From IMG/VR virus record IMGVR_UViG_3300037310_000161: 59,969 nucleotides of DNA, one strand, 5' to 3'. Below, in pieces: positions 52,501 to 59,969 of this stretch. The number at the start of each line of letters is the position of its first letter. Position 1 is the first letter of the stretch. Under the pieces are notes generated by a model. That model was not told the origin of the DNA, did not search any database, and saw nothing but the letters and a program-made list of their open reading frames with translations. Both the position numbers and the translations under genes were made by a program. The stretch comes from a virus.

Positions 52501-55500
52501 AGCCTTCGATCTTGTGCATATAATTTTTTTGCAACAGCAACATCATCTTTCGTTGTGTTATCGAGCACGTCATTGGCATCTAGCACTCTGTCTTCATACT
52601 GTTTTTTTGATAATTTCCCGGCATCGTACTCTCTTTTGGCAATATCAAGCTCCCTCAAGGAAGCTTTTGCTTTCTTGACCGGCTTTGGCAAAGACTTCAT
52701 TTGCTGCCTTGCTCGCCCTTCTCGTTTTTGAGTGATTTTATTGAATTGATCGTAGACCTCTTTTTGTCGAGAAAGAAAGGCTTCGCTTGTAATGTCGGGG
52801 GTCGTGTACATCTCGGCGTTGTCAGCAGATTTTGCGAAGAAAAACCCTCTTAGGGCGCTTGCAGCTCCCGTATTTTCTCCTAACCGACCAATGTCAAACG
52901 CTTTAAATTCAGGGTTGTCGGAGCCATGATACACTACCAGAGGTTCTCCATTTTCATCCACCACCTTGCTGTTACCGAACCACTTCTTGAAGGCGTCCGT
53001 GCTTGCAATCTTCTTCGCCGCACCCAGCACACCCTCAAGATTCTCGGCAGACTTCGGGCCTGCCTTCTCCAGGGCTTTCCTCGACGCCACCAGCATGGCT
53101 TTAATGTCGTTTTCGCTGAGCTGGATGTTGAACCCGAGCCGCCGCAGCCCCTCCCGAATGGCCGCGTACAGCCTCTTCAGAAATGCTGGGTTCTCCCCGG
53201 CTTCGGCCATCTCCGCGATCTTCTCGTCGGCCGCGATCAGCCGGTCGGCCTCTTCGGTGAGGTCCAGACCGTAAAGGTCCGCGATATCCTTCAGGCCCTT
53301 CTGCCCGTAGAGCGCCACCGCCTCTTTGAGGAACGGCTTGAACCTGTCCCCCAGAACCCCGCGCATCCCGTGGTGGCCCACCACTTCGTGGAGCACCACC
53401 TGCTGGGCGCGGTCTGCCGACTCCAGGTAGTCCGCAATCAGGTAAACGGCCCCGGTCGCTGGGTCGTAGAGACCCTCCAACCCGTCCGCGTCGGTCGCTC
53501 GGGAAAGGAGCTTCTGCACCTTTTCCTTAACGTCGTCCGGCAAGCCGTAGAGCGACTGCACGATCTGAATCTTCGGCCCGGCCTTCCACCTGTCGATAAC
53601 CGGGGAGAGCGCTGCCTGGATGTCGGACGCCTTGCTGCTGGACTGTGCTTGCCCCCGGGAGAACCGGAGATAGTCCTGAAGGTAGTTATCTTCCTGCTCC
53701 ATTTCGGCGTCTTGCTGCCCTTCCACCGCCCGCCGTCGCGCTTCCGCTTCCTCCGCCTGCTGCCGGGCAAGAAGCTCCTGTGTGATGGCTTCAAGCCTCT
53801 GTGTTTTCCGGGCCAGCTCTTCTTCCTGCGGAAACGGGGTCGCTATCAGTTTCTCCAGCTTGGGGGTTTCGTTCTTGATGTCCTGAATGCTCTTCAGCTT
53901 CTCTTGAATTGTTCGGGCGAGCGACCGCTCGATGTCGGTCAGACCGCTCTTAACGCCGTCCGCCATGGGTGCCTGATAGTGAACGTCTTTCCCTATCTTG
54001 TAGACAAGTGCCGTATCCCCTACCGTGAGGGAGAGATGGCCAGCCAGCGGGAGGAAAACCCTCGATTTCTTGGGCTTCCCCTTGGCGTCCGGGGTCTCGA
54101 CGGTGACAATGCGCCCGAATCTCCCGAGGTACACGCTGTCCGGGCTGTCTGCCGTCTTCTTGGCTGTCCACGCTGCATGAAGTTTGCGGGCGAGGGCGTT
54201 GACCTTGCCGCCCTCGGTTTCCAGGTTGAAATGGCGGTTGGGCTCGACAAGCCGCCCGAGGTTGTCATGCTGCGGCTTGAACTCTATCGCCATGATAGAT
54301 TCGGCTATTTGTTTGTGGATATGCGAGCGTTCAATGGTTTTCTCCGCTGCTGTCATCATCAGCGGGAGCTTCGCGAGCTTCTCCTTGGCCCGGCGGCGAC
54401 CGGACTCGTAGTCCGCCTTGACGTTCGAAAGCCGCCGCACTTCTTCATCCAGCTCGATCTTTTCCTTGTGGATCGGATCGTCTGCGAGCAACCCCTCCAT
54501 TTCCGAAGCGTCCATGGAGGTCTTCGAAATATCGATGATGTTCCGAATTTTCGGGTTGTTGCTCATGATCTGCTGCAGGACTTTTTCCTTGTAAGCCACG
54601 GTTGACCACATGAACGCATCGACCGTTTTCACCGTCCCGTAGTTGAAGATCCCGACGTTTTTGATCCGGTTCCCGTAGCGCCACCCACGCCCGTTGCGTT
54701 GCTCGTAGTTGGCATAAGTCCAGTCCACGTCCAGGTGGTGGATGTAGGACACCCGGTCTTGGACGTTCACCCCGATCCCCATCTTTGGGGTCGAGCCAAT
54801 GAGCACGCGGATTTGGCCTTTCCGCGCCTTGAGTAGCAGTGCGGCGAGATCGTCGTCGCTCTTCGCGTCGTGGATGAAAGCAATCTGCTCTTTCGGAATA
54901 CCCTTCTTGATGAGCTTCTGCTTGATGTCAGCGTAGATGTTGAACTTGTCTTTTTTGCCCGGTACTCCGCGATCCGCGAAGATGAGCTGCAGGTGGTTCT
55001 TTTCCTGGTACGCCTGCTTGTAATTCTTGGAGCTTTGATCCAGCTCTTCCGCGTCCACCGCTTTCTGATAAAGATCCCAAACCTTATCGACCGCGACGTT
55101 GACCTTCGTGTTCTCATAGTCGGGGAGAGTCGGGTCGTAGAGCCGGGGATCCATGGCGACCGTTCGCCCGTCGGAAACCACGCGGAGGATATTGTCGTTG
55201 ACCCCCCGGAAAGTAGCCTTGTCCCCGAGGGCGCGGATGCTCCGAATCCTCCGCTTGAGAAGATCCTGAAAGGCTTCCGTGAACTTGTTCCACTCCACCA
55301 TAACGGGCTCGGGCTTGCCCCCGATCACGTCCGGCCGGACAATCCCGAGGTCTTTCGCCTGCCGGACGTCCATTACCTGCCGCGCCAGCGCGAGAAGCTC
55401 CGGCACGTTCACGAACTCCGCAAACCGGCTGGTCATTTTGAAATGCCCGCCCTCCGGTGCGTACTCCGCCTCTTTGCGCATAACCCCGAACGTGTTCGCC

Positions 55501-58500
55501 CACGCATCGAACGTGTCGATCCCCAGCCGCGTAAGCTCGTTCGGCTGCAGATACCGCTGAATGTTGAAAAGCTCGCCCACGGAGTTTGTGAGCGGGGTGC
55601 CGGAAGCCAGGATGATTCCCCGACCGTTCCGCATGTGCAGGTACTGGGTCTTGAGGAAGAGGTCCAGAGCGATATTGGACTTCCCGGACTCCACACCCTT
55701 CATGTTCGCGAACTGGGTGGCAAACCCGATGTTCTTGTGGGTGTGAGCTTCGTCCGCCACAATCAGGTCGAGCCCCATTTCTTCGAACGTGGGGACTCCT
55801 TCCTCGCCTTCCGAGAGCTTGTCCAGTTTGTCTCTGAGGGCCTTGATCTGCTGCCCGATTTGCCGCACGGTGAACTGGGAGGCGCTAGCGCTGTCAGCGT
55901 GGCTCTGCACCCGCTCCATCCGCTGGATTTCCTGATGGAGGAACTCCCTTTGCGTATCGGGCGAGAGCTTGATTCGCTCAAAGGAGTTGTGGTTCATGAT
56001 GACGCAGTCATAATTTCCCGTGGCGATCTGGGCGAGCTGCCGCTGTCTCTTCTGCGGGTTGGTCTTGGAAACCGCTATCGTCAGGATGTTCGCCCCTGGA
56101 TAGAGCCGGAGGAAATCCGCCGCGATCTGCTCGACCGTGGCTTTCTTCACGATAAGGACCGGCTTCTTGGCGAGCCCGAGCCGCCGGGCCTCCATGATTG
56201 ACCCGATCATCGTGTAGGTCTTCCCGGTGCCAACCTCGTGCGCGAAGTATGTCGCCCCGGTCTGAAGGAACCGCCAAATGGCGTTCTTCTGGTGCGGTCT
56301 GAGCTTGATAATCTCGTCAGGCACTTTGCCGGGGAAAGTGAGGTGCTCCCCGTTATACTGCCGGTCCACAAACGAGTTGAGCCGCTCGTTGTAGGTTTTC
56401 TCGAGCTGGGCGGCCGCATCGTCGTTTTCGTAGACCCACTCGCTGAGCCTCGCCTGGAGTTTGGCGAGCTTCGCGTTAGCGGCGTCTGTCAGGGCGATGT
56501 TGGTGACCATCCGGGTCTTCCTGTTCCCGTTCTCGTCCAGGTACTCGATTTTATCCTCGATGACCGGAAAGCCGCCATTCAGCGCATAGTCGATAAGCCC
56601 ACGGTCGCTACCCTTTTTGAAGAGGTTGATCCGGTATTGTTTGAGCCCGGTCGCTTCCAGAACCTTGACGAAAAGAGGCACACTCAGGGAGTCGGTGTCA
56701 GGGTCGAAGTTTTGATTGTATTCCCTGATTGCCTCTTCAGAGCTGCCGAAGGTTTCTATCAGTTCATCACGTTCCTGGAGCGTCAGGTTTTCTCGAAGAG
56801 AGGTATACCCGATTGGGTTCTTCTTGTAGCTGACAACCCCGAACTCTTCTGCGGCAACCAGGGAAACCATCGCGTTGTCCTTCCGGCGTTTGGCTTCCGC
56901 TTCGGTACTCGCCCGGAAATGGGGGTTCCACATTCCCGTTTCAAGTACATGATCGACGTAAAAACCACGGATTCCACGGCCACCGAACAGACCGTCCTTC
57001 ACGAAGCTCTGAACCACCTGCGCCGGAACCCAGGACATCCCAAGACGTGCGCGGATGTCCGACATGGGGAGATCGACGGGCATTACAATCTTGAGCGCCT
57101 CGACGTTTTCCTTGTACTTCTCGTCCAGGGCGGCCGCCGCCTCGGCCACCGCCAGCTTGCGCCGCACGTTTCCGCTCAGATACGCGTCTGCCGCGACGTA
57201 CCCGGTCTCGGGGTCGTCGAATATCTGCCCCTTCAGTTCGGCAATAAGGGTGTCCCGGGTTTTGCCGGTGAGCTGCCCCATGTAGGCGAGGTCCACCCGG
57301 CCGCGCCACTGAAGCGAATAGAGAAGACTTTCATGTGAGGTATCCGCCGAAGTCGGCGGCTCTACCGGGGCGAGAGTGTTCTTGAAGAAAATGTCCGCGA
57401 GCCCGGTAACGGTCTTCGTCCCACGGTCCCACTTCTCCAGGCTGAGGAGAAGCCCGCCGTCCGGGTCATCAACGATGAGCCGGGCATTTTCCGGTTTGTT
57501 AATCGGCCCATACGTCTTGACCAACTGATCGTAGGCGGTGCGGAGCTGTTTTCTGAGAACGGTCAGGTCGGCGGCGGATTGCTTTTTTACCTGCGCGCGG
57601 AGAAGGTTTCGGATGATCCCCCGAATACCAATTACCCCCTTCATGAACTCCTGTTCTTTCGGAGTCAGATTGTCCCGCAGGGAAGGCCGCCCGTCCCGGT
57701 TCTGGTAAATCTTCCCGTTGTCCCCCACGTAGTAGTTGTAATTTTTGACGTGAGCGGCCTCCGGGATCATGTTCGTGAAGTCAAGCTCGATAGGAGCCCG
57801 GTCCTGCCCGTAAATCGAGACAGGCAAGCGGTCTATGGCGCTTCGCAAATCGTCGCGGTACGTGCTCTTCATAGCAACGTAGGGGCGGTATGCCCCGTAG
57901 CGCCCGGAGTTGACCGCGAGATCCCCGAGAACGTTCTCCGGGACCGCCTGGAAGAAGTTGTTCACCTGTGTTCTGCGGGGAGTCGAACCCGCTATGAAGT
58001 TGCCGTTGGAATCCACCTCGGGAAGGATGACCGCTTTGGACTCCACCCAATCGGGGACCGTTGGAAGCGCCGGTAGCCCTTCGCCTTTCTTCCGGAAGAT
58101 GAGAATGTCCGCTCCGGCGAAAGCCCCAGGGAAGACACCGTTTGGGAGCCGGATAGCGGAAACGAGGTCTGCGCTCTCCGCGAACTTTCGGCGGGCCTTG
58201 GCGTCTTCCTTATCCATGGTCCCCGTGGACGTGAGAACCACGGTCAGGCCGCCGGGCTTTGTAATGTTGATCATCTTGCTGATGAAGTAATCGTGGATCT
58301 GAAACTCTTCCAGGTTGTGCGTCCGGTCCACGGGCTCGGTCTGCCCGAACGGCACGTTGGAGATGGTGAGGTCATAGAAGTTGTTCGGGACGGCGGTCTT
58401 TTCGAACGGCTGATTCAGGATGTTCGCGTTCTGGTAGAGCTGGGCCGCGATTCTCGCGGAAATCGGGTCGATATCCACCCCTGTGAGGAGGGAATTTCGC

Positions 58501-59969
58501 CGCGTTTCCCGCGCCATGGTCCCGAAGAAATGCCCGATACCGCAGGAGGGCTCAAGAACTTTGCCGCCCATAAAGCCGAGGCGGCCGAGAGCTTCGTGGA
58601 CAAGTGCGGCAACGCTTGGTGGCGTGTAGTAGGCATCCACCGCGTTTTCGTAAAGCTGCCACCGCTCTTGATCGGTCAGGAGAGACTTGACGATTTCCGC
58701 ACGCCCGGCCCAAGCAGGGTTGGGGTAGGAACCGAGAGCTTCAGAAAGCTCCCCCCACCCGTTGTATTTGACCAGGATCTCTTGTTCCGCCGCCGTGGCC
58801 GTCCGGTTCTCGGCTTCGATCTGTTTGAGGGTTCGGATCGCCGCGATATTGTTGTTGAATCGGTCGGTGAGGTTGGTGTTCTCAAGATCCGTCGTGTTCC
58901 GGATGATGTAGTCTAGCCGCTCGGATACGTGAACGGCGTCTGCGTTGGATGAAGTGTCGGTTCCTCCTCCTCCGACGGCAAGTAGATCATCATCGGTAAG
59001 ACTATCTCCTTCGCTTCCTCCAGGCTGTACCCCTTCTGCATCAAGTCCACTACCAGATCCAGCGCCTTCTCCTGGGCCTCCAGGGCCGACTTCTCCAGCA
59101 CCCCCGCCGCTTCCAGGCGTGCTACCATGTTCGGACGGTGCTTCCGCCAGTGCTTCAGAGCCTCGGTCCCCCATGTCCGTAATTGTGCCATCCGGAACCT
59201 CCAATTTGATGATAGTGTCGCCGCCTGGATGATCGACCGCCTTCAAGAAGAAGGAAAGAGCATCATCCGCCTTGAGCGGCTGGTCGTACGCCACAGCCCC
59301 CTTGCCCGCGTACTCCACTCCCCCCTCGCCTTTTTCAAGCTGGTAGGAGTCATCGTAAGCGAGATACCCCTTCGGCTGGGCCGCCACCCCCCGCGCAGAC
59401 TGCTCGTATGCGTACCAGTAAAGCCCCCCGGCGCTTGCCTTCCCCCCGTAAAGGGCTTCATAGACCGCGTCGATCCGCTTCAGGAGCTTCTGGACTGCTT
59501 CTTTGGCTTCTTTCCGCTCGAGAGTCGTGATCGGGTTGTACCCCTCCTTCGCGTGGGGCTCGCCCTTTTCGGACCACTCAAGCTGGTCGAACATATTGTC
59601 AAAAAGCCGGTTGAACCTCTCCCGCTCTTCAGCCGTTGGATAAGCCCCGTTGTCGCGGTTGAAGAGCGTCTCCACACCCCCGGGAGCCACGAAATCCGTA
59701 TCGACCAGATACCTGTTACCTTCCTGGAGCTTGTCCGAAACGTAGGCTTCGAATGCCCGGGCAAACATCTCATCGGGCTTAGACCAATACTTGCCGACTT
59801 CGCCGCCGTCCAACGCCATAGCATTTTTGAAGAACTTCGTGTTTTCCGTAATCTTGTAGACGGCATTTTCCCGCATGAATTTCTTCGCCGCCTCAAGCCG
59901 CCCAGCGCGGTTCCGGGTCTCGCTCCACATGCCCTTGAGGGCGTCTATCATCATATCCTCAAGGCCCGC
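49581..59969 (-). CDS. Giant polyvalent virion protein, C-terminal 3,457+ codons (methyltransferase, SNF2 helicase, second zincin motif, ART-like domain, hydrophobic C-terminus)
   Basis: Track ORF 49581..59954. Its listed Met is internal because the frame stays open to 59969 and continues at base 128. Motifs are itemised in the separate domain features. Confidence 0.9.
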   Translation of the reverse strand, partial: AGLEDMMIDALKGMWSETRNRAGRLEAAKKFMRENAVYKITENTKFFKNAMALDGGEVGKYWSKPDEMFARAFEAYVSDKLQEGNRYLVDTDFVAPGGVETLFNRDNGAYPTAEERERFNRLFDNMFDQLEWSEKGEPHAKEGYNPITTLERKEAKEAVQKLLKRIDAVYEALYGGKASAGGLYWYAYEQSARGVAAQPKGYLAYDDSYQLEKGEGGVEYAGKGAVAYDQPLKADDALSFFLKAVDHPGGDTIIKLEVPDGTITDMGDRGSEALAEAPSEHGSTPGSGGGAGEVGPGGPGEGAGSGSGLDAEGVQPGGSEGDSLTDDDLLAVGGGGTDTSSNADAVHVSERLDYIIRNTTDLENTNLTDRFNNNIAAIRTLKQIEAENRTATAAEQEILVKYNGWGELSEALGSYPNPAWAGRAEIVKSLLTDQERWQLYENAVDAYYTPPSVAALVHEALGRLGFMGGKVLEPSCGIGHFFGTMARETRRNSLLTGVDIDPISARIAAQLYQNANILNQPFEKTAVPNNFYDLTISNVPFGQTEPVDRTHNLEEFQIHDYFISKMINITKPGGLTVVLTSTGTMDKEDAKARRKFAESADLVSAIRLPNGVFPGAFAGADILIFRKKGEGLPALPTVPDWVESKAVILPEVDSNGNFIAGSTPRRTQVNNFFQAVPENVLGDLAVNSGRYGAYRPYVAMKSTYRDDLRSAIDRLPVSIYGQDRAPIELDFTNMIPEAAHVKNYNYYVGDNGKIYQNRDGRPSLRDNLTPKEQEFMKGVIGIRGIIRNLLRAQVKKQSAADLTVLRKQLRTAYDQLVKTYGPINKPENARLIVDDPDGGLLLSLEKWDRGTKTVTGLADIFFKNTLAPVEPPTSADTSHESLLYSLQWRGRVDLAYMGQLTGKTRDTLIAELKGQIFDDPETGYVAADAYLSGNVRRKLAVAEAAAALDEKYKENVEALKIVMPVDLPMSDIRARLGMSWVPAQVVQSFVKDGLFGGRGIRGFYVDHVLETGMWNPHFRASTEAEAKRRKDNAMVSLVAAEEFGVVSYKKNPIGYTSLRENLTLQERDELIETFGSSEEAIREYNQNFDPDTDSLSVPLFVKVLEATGLKQYRINLFKKGSDRGLIDYALNGGFPVIEDKIEYLDENGNRKTRMVTNIALTDAANAKLAKLQARLSEWVYENDDAAAQLEKTYNERLNSFVDRQYNGEHLTFPGKVPDEIIKLRPHQKNAIWRFLQTGATYFAHEVGTGKTYTMIGSIMEARRLGLAKKPVLIVKKATVEQIAADFLRLYPGANILTIAVSKTNPQKRQRQLAQIATGNYDCVIMNHNSFERIKLSPDTQREFLHQEIQRMERVQSHADSASASQFTVRQIGQQIKALRDKLDKLSEGEEGVPTFEEMGLDLIVADEAHTHKNIGFATQFANMKGVESGKSNIALDLFLKTQYLHMRNGRGIILASGTPLTNSVGELFNIQRYLQPNELTRLGIDTFDAWANTFGVMRKEAEYAPEGGHFKMTSRFAEFVNVPELLALARQVMDVRQAKDLGIVRPDVIGGKPEPVMVEWNKFTEAFQDLLKRRIRSIRALGDKATFRGVNDNILRVVSDGRTVAMDPRLYDPTLPDYENTKVNVAVDKVWDLYQKAVDAEELDQSSKNYKQAYQEKNHLQLIFADRGVPGKKDKFNIYADIKQKLIKKGIPKEQIAFIHDAKSDDDLAALLLKARKGQIRVLIGSTPKMGIGVNVQDRVSYIHHLDVDWTYANYEQRNGRGWRYGNRIKNVGIFNYGTVKTVDAFMWSTVAYKEKVLQQIMSNNPKIRNIIDISKTSMDASEMEGLLADDPIHKEKIELDEEVRRLSNVKADYESGRRRAKEKLAKLPLMMTAAEKTIERSHIHKQIAESIMAIEFKPQHDNLGRLVEPNRHFNLETEGGKVNALARKLHAAWTAKKTADSPDSVYLGRFGRIVTVETPDAKGKPKKSRVFLPLAGHLSLTVGDTALVYKIGKDVHYQAPMADGVKSGLTDIERSLARTIQEKLKSIQDIKNETPKLEKLIATPFPQEEELARKTQRLEAITQELLARQQAEEAEARRRAVEGQQDAEMEQEDNYLQDYLRFSRGQAQSSSKASDIQAALSPVIDRWKAGPKIQIVQSLYGLPDDVKEKVQKLLSRATDADGLEGLYDPATGAVYLIADYLESADRAQQVVLHEVVGHHGMRGVLGDRFKPFLKEAVALYGQKGLKDIADLYGLDLTEEADRLIAADEKIAEMAEAGENPAFLKRLYAAIREGLRRLGFNIQLSENDIKAMLVASRKALEKAGPKSAENLEGVLGAAKKIASTDAFKKWFGNSKVVDENGEPLVVYHGSDNPEFKAFDIGRLGENTGAASALRGFFFAKSADNAEMYTTPDITSEAFLSRQKEVYDQFNKITQKREGRARQQMKSLPKPVKKAKASLRELDIAKREYDAGKLSKKQYEDRVLDANDVLDNTTKDDVAVAKKLYAQDRRLTVEFYEAKLEKDKVDYFVKMYLQRDRYAKFNPGIIPAYLSIKNPKIHDFNHEVRGDITFSEILDEAIADGNDGVIFKNVNDPITDDIYVVFSPTQIKSIFNRGTFDPSNPDIHASLKSKMRDEVTSTVQAFKKALHPKDMTFLESMLRTPEYIDHPTVKQAYDATQHREERKNEIYLKHKDPVDRLSALRKADPAEYAKVEKILDDMDVNEVKWSEMRSKSGLSAEGLAAVDSVRKTFDELLEYLRQPVKDIIDTLEKEKKNPNKPPADQGEPSIEIPLGDGRKQKYTLSQLLLLYQEMGELKGFYAPRSREPGEYFLTAKDKDGNFYRFHKGSQRQIEKLKLQLGREGYTNFRDGLVSKLPEDIQMNLNIVDMGKAIEYAVNQAVQHPALNAALQGEVLVSASNMLKARAFRAHKIARTGRDGEVVRGYITDPAQRVGNYVAQIAGGIAKAEAGQKMMAALMDVDAVKEPKRYSWLKGYVTEQMRNADRWDRAIALGKSIVSFKYLGFNPRSALVNVTAQATTAPPAILKFALGGKGSLLKIGQELFTAGKDYGAFMGGKEFANEEERTFMADVHTRGVDNPQLVREAMRELDQGFGGVWSKVMDKAMWMFGKTEQWNRGTTLLAAYRMARAQGQNAATAAKNAQLATERAHGVYGKGTLPTWAMGTNPFAKIAQTGYTFQKFAHNYVQMLFEHKLNRQDAKGLAFALAAPAVLGGASGFAGYAAAMAIARGILGAADDDRDPEKMVYDTIRKTLGDTAEKGARYGIMGLLGVDISGSLAIGLEVPKTLTDLTGPFGGVATDIQKAGGYLSTGQPLKAAEKALPAFASNLVRAFRELDSVTTSSGKQVWDKNGKPYRPSTTETMQRASGFRGSERAMHEERQFEAKAELSRYGESRGKIYERYRAYVSDGAKDPVELKIIMDQVAAYNNRVLSAGRQAYVPLISREALRGQINRMRQPGRRERALLAATAD
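52155..52997 (-). other. ART-like (polyvalent-protein ADP-ribosyltransferase-like) domain with a coiled-coil insert, inside the giant ORF
   Basis: FKKWFGNSKVVDENGEPLVVYHGSDNPEFKAFD (YHG at 52923-52931, verified) ... FFFAKSADNAEMY ... DGVIFKNVNDPITDDIYVVFSPTQIKSIFNRGTFDPSNPDI. The family assignment is from memory of the ART-PolyVal pattern and needs an HMM search. Confidence 0.5.
53370..53390 (-). other. Second zincin-like motif, HEVVGHH, inside the giant ORF
   Basis: The reverse complement of 53370-53399 reads VVLHEVVGHH. Context is GAVYLIADYLESADRAQQVVLHEVVGHHGMRGVLG. Confidence 0.5.
54645..56303 (-). other. SNF2/DEAH-box helicase module inside the giant ORF
   Basis: LRPHQKNAIWRFL, AHEVGTGKTY (about 56217-56231), LIVADEAH (DEAH at 55743-55754, verified), SGTPLTNSVGELFNIQRYL, and the C-terminal lobe IGSTPKMGIGVNVQ...EQRNGRGWRYGN. 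Confidence 0.85.
58080..58637 (-). other. N6-adenine DNA methyltransferase-like domain inside the giant ORF
   Basis: Motif I VLEPSCGIGHFFG at 58521-58559 and motif IV ISNVPFG at 58344-58364, both verified against the DNA. Confidence 0.8.
59843..59969. repeat. Terminal overlap copy 2, identical to 1-127
   Basis: Same comparison as for 1-127. The unique genome length is therefore 59,842 bp. Confidence 0.95.

Noticed and set aside
49863-57338. Plus-strand ORFs of 605, 559, 443 and 366 aa opposite the giant ORF; similarly 7618..9348, 10421..11371, 22718..23923 and 23896..24978
   Set aside because: These have the same antisense-shadow signature and lie opposite genes with strong motif support (SNF2, MTase, TerL and others).
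49581-59969. Interpreting the giant ORF as a siphovirus tape-measure protein
   Set aside because: At 5,259 aa it would imply an implausibly long tail. It carries several enzyme domains, and no tail tube, chaperone or sheath genes flank it. Only the hydrophobic ends are tape-measure-like.

Overview
The window is a complete, circularly closed, GC-rich temperate phage (or excised prophage) genome of about 59.8 kb. Bases 1-127 repeat exactly at 59843-59969, so the linear record was opened inside a gene. Layout: (i) One minus-strand late/virion operon of about 41 kb runs 26603 -> 1 and on through the junction to 45496. It carries a spanin-like pair, TerS, TerL, portal, scaffold, capsid, many repeat/fibre proteins and a tailspike. 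(ii) A 2-gene plus-strand cassette of unknown function sits behind a palindrome-guarded promoter (26931-28331). (iii) A minus-strand early-left operon runs 32567 -> 28383: Cro-like, terminator, RHH, small membrane peptide, primase-helicase, iteron array, nuclease. (iv) A plus-strand arm runs 32720 -> 45036: CI-like repressor, SNF2 ATPase, DUF2800-like nuclease, DUF2815-like SSB, family-A DNA polymerase, GH24 lysozyme, excisionase-like HTH and tyrosine integrase, ending at a tRNA-Ser-like attP with flanking arm repeats. The stand-out feature is one 15,780-nt ORF (5,259 aa, about 26% of the genome) that spans the linearisation point and is only partly visible in the ORF track. It strings together an HEWAH zincin domain, an N6-adenine methyltransferase, a SNF2/DEAH helicase, a second HExxGH motif, an ART-like domain and Gly/Ala-rich hydrophobic ends. 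This is a polyvalent, probably virion-delivered, anti-restriction or host-takeover protein. Two sharply AT-rich cassettes are spliced in frame into GC-rich genes: the ART-like domain of the giant ORF and the beta-helix core of the tailspike. Five unrelated repeat arrays mark probable origin and regulatory sites: 11-bp iterons, 57-bp x3, 9-bp x7, 31-bp x2 and 21-bp x5. All family names are motif-level calls made by eye and need HMM or BLAST confirmation.
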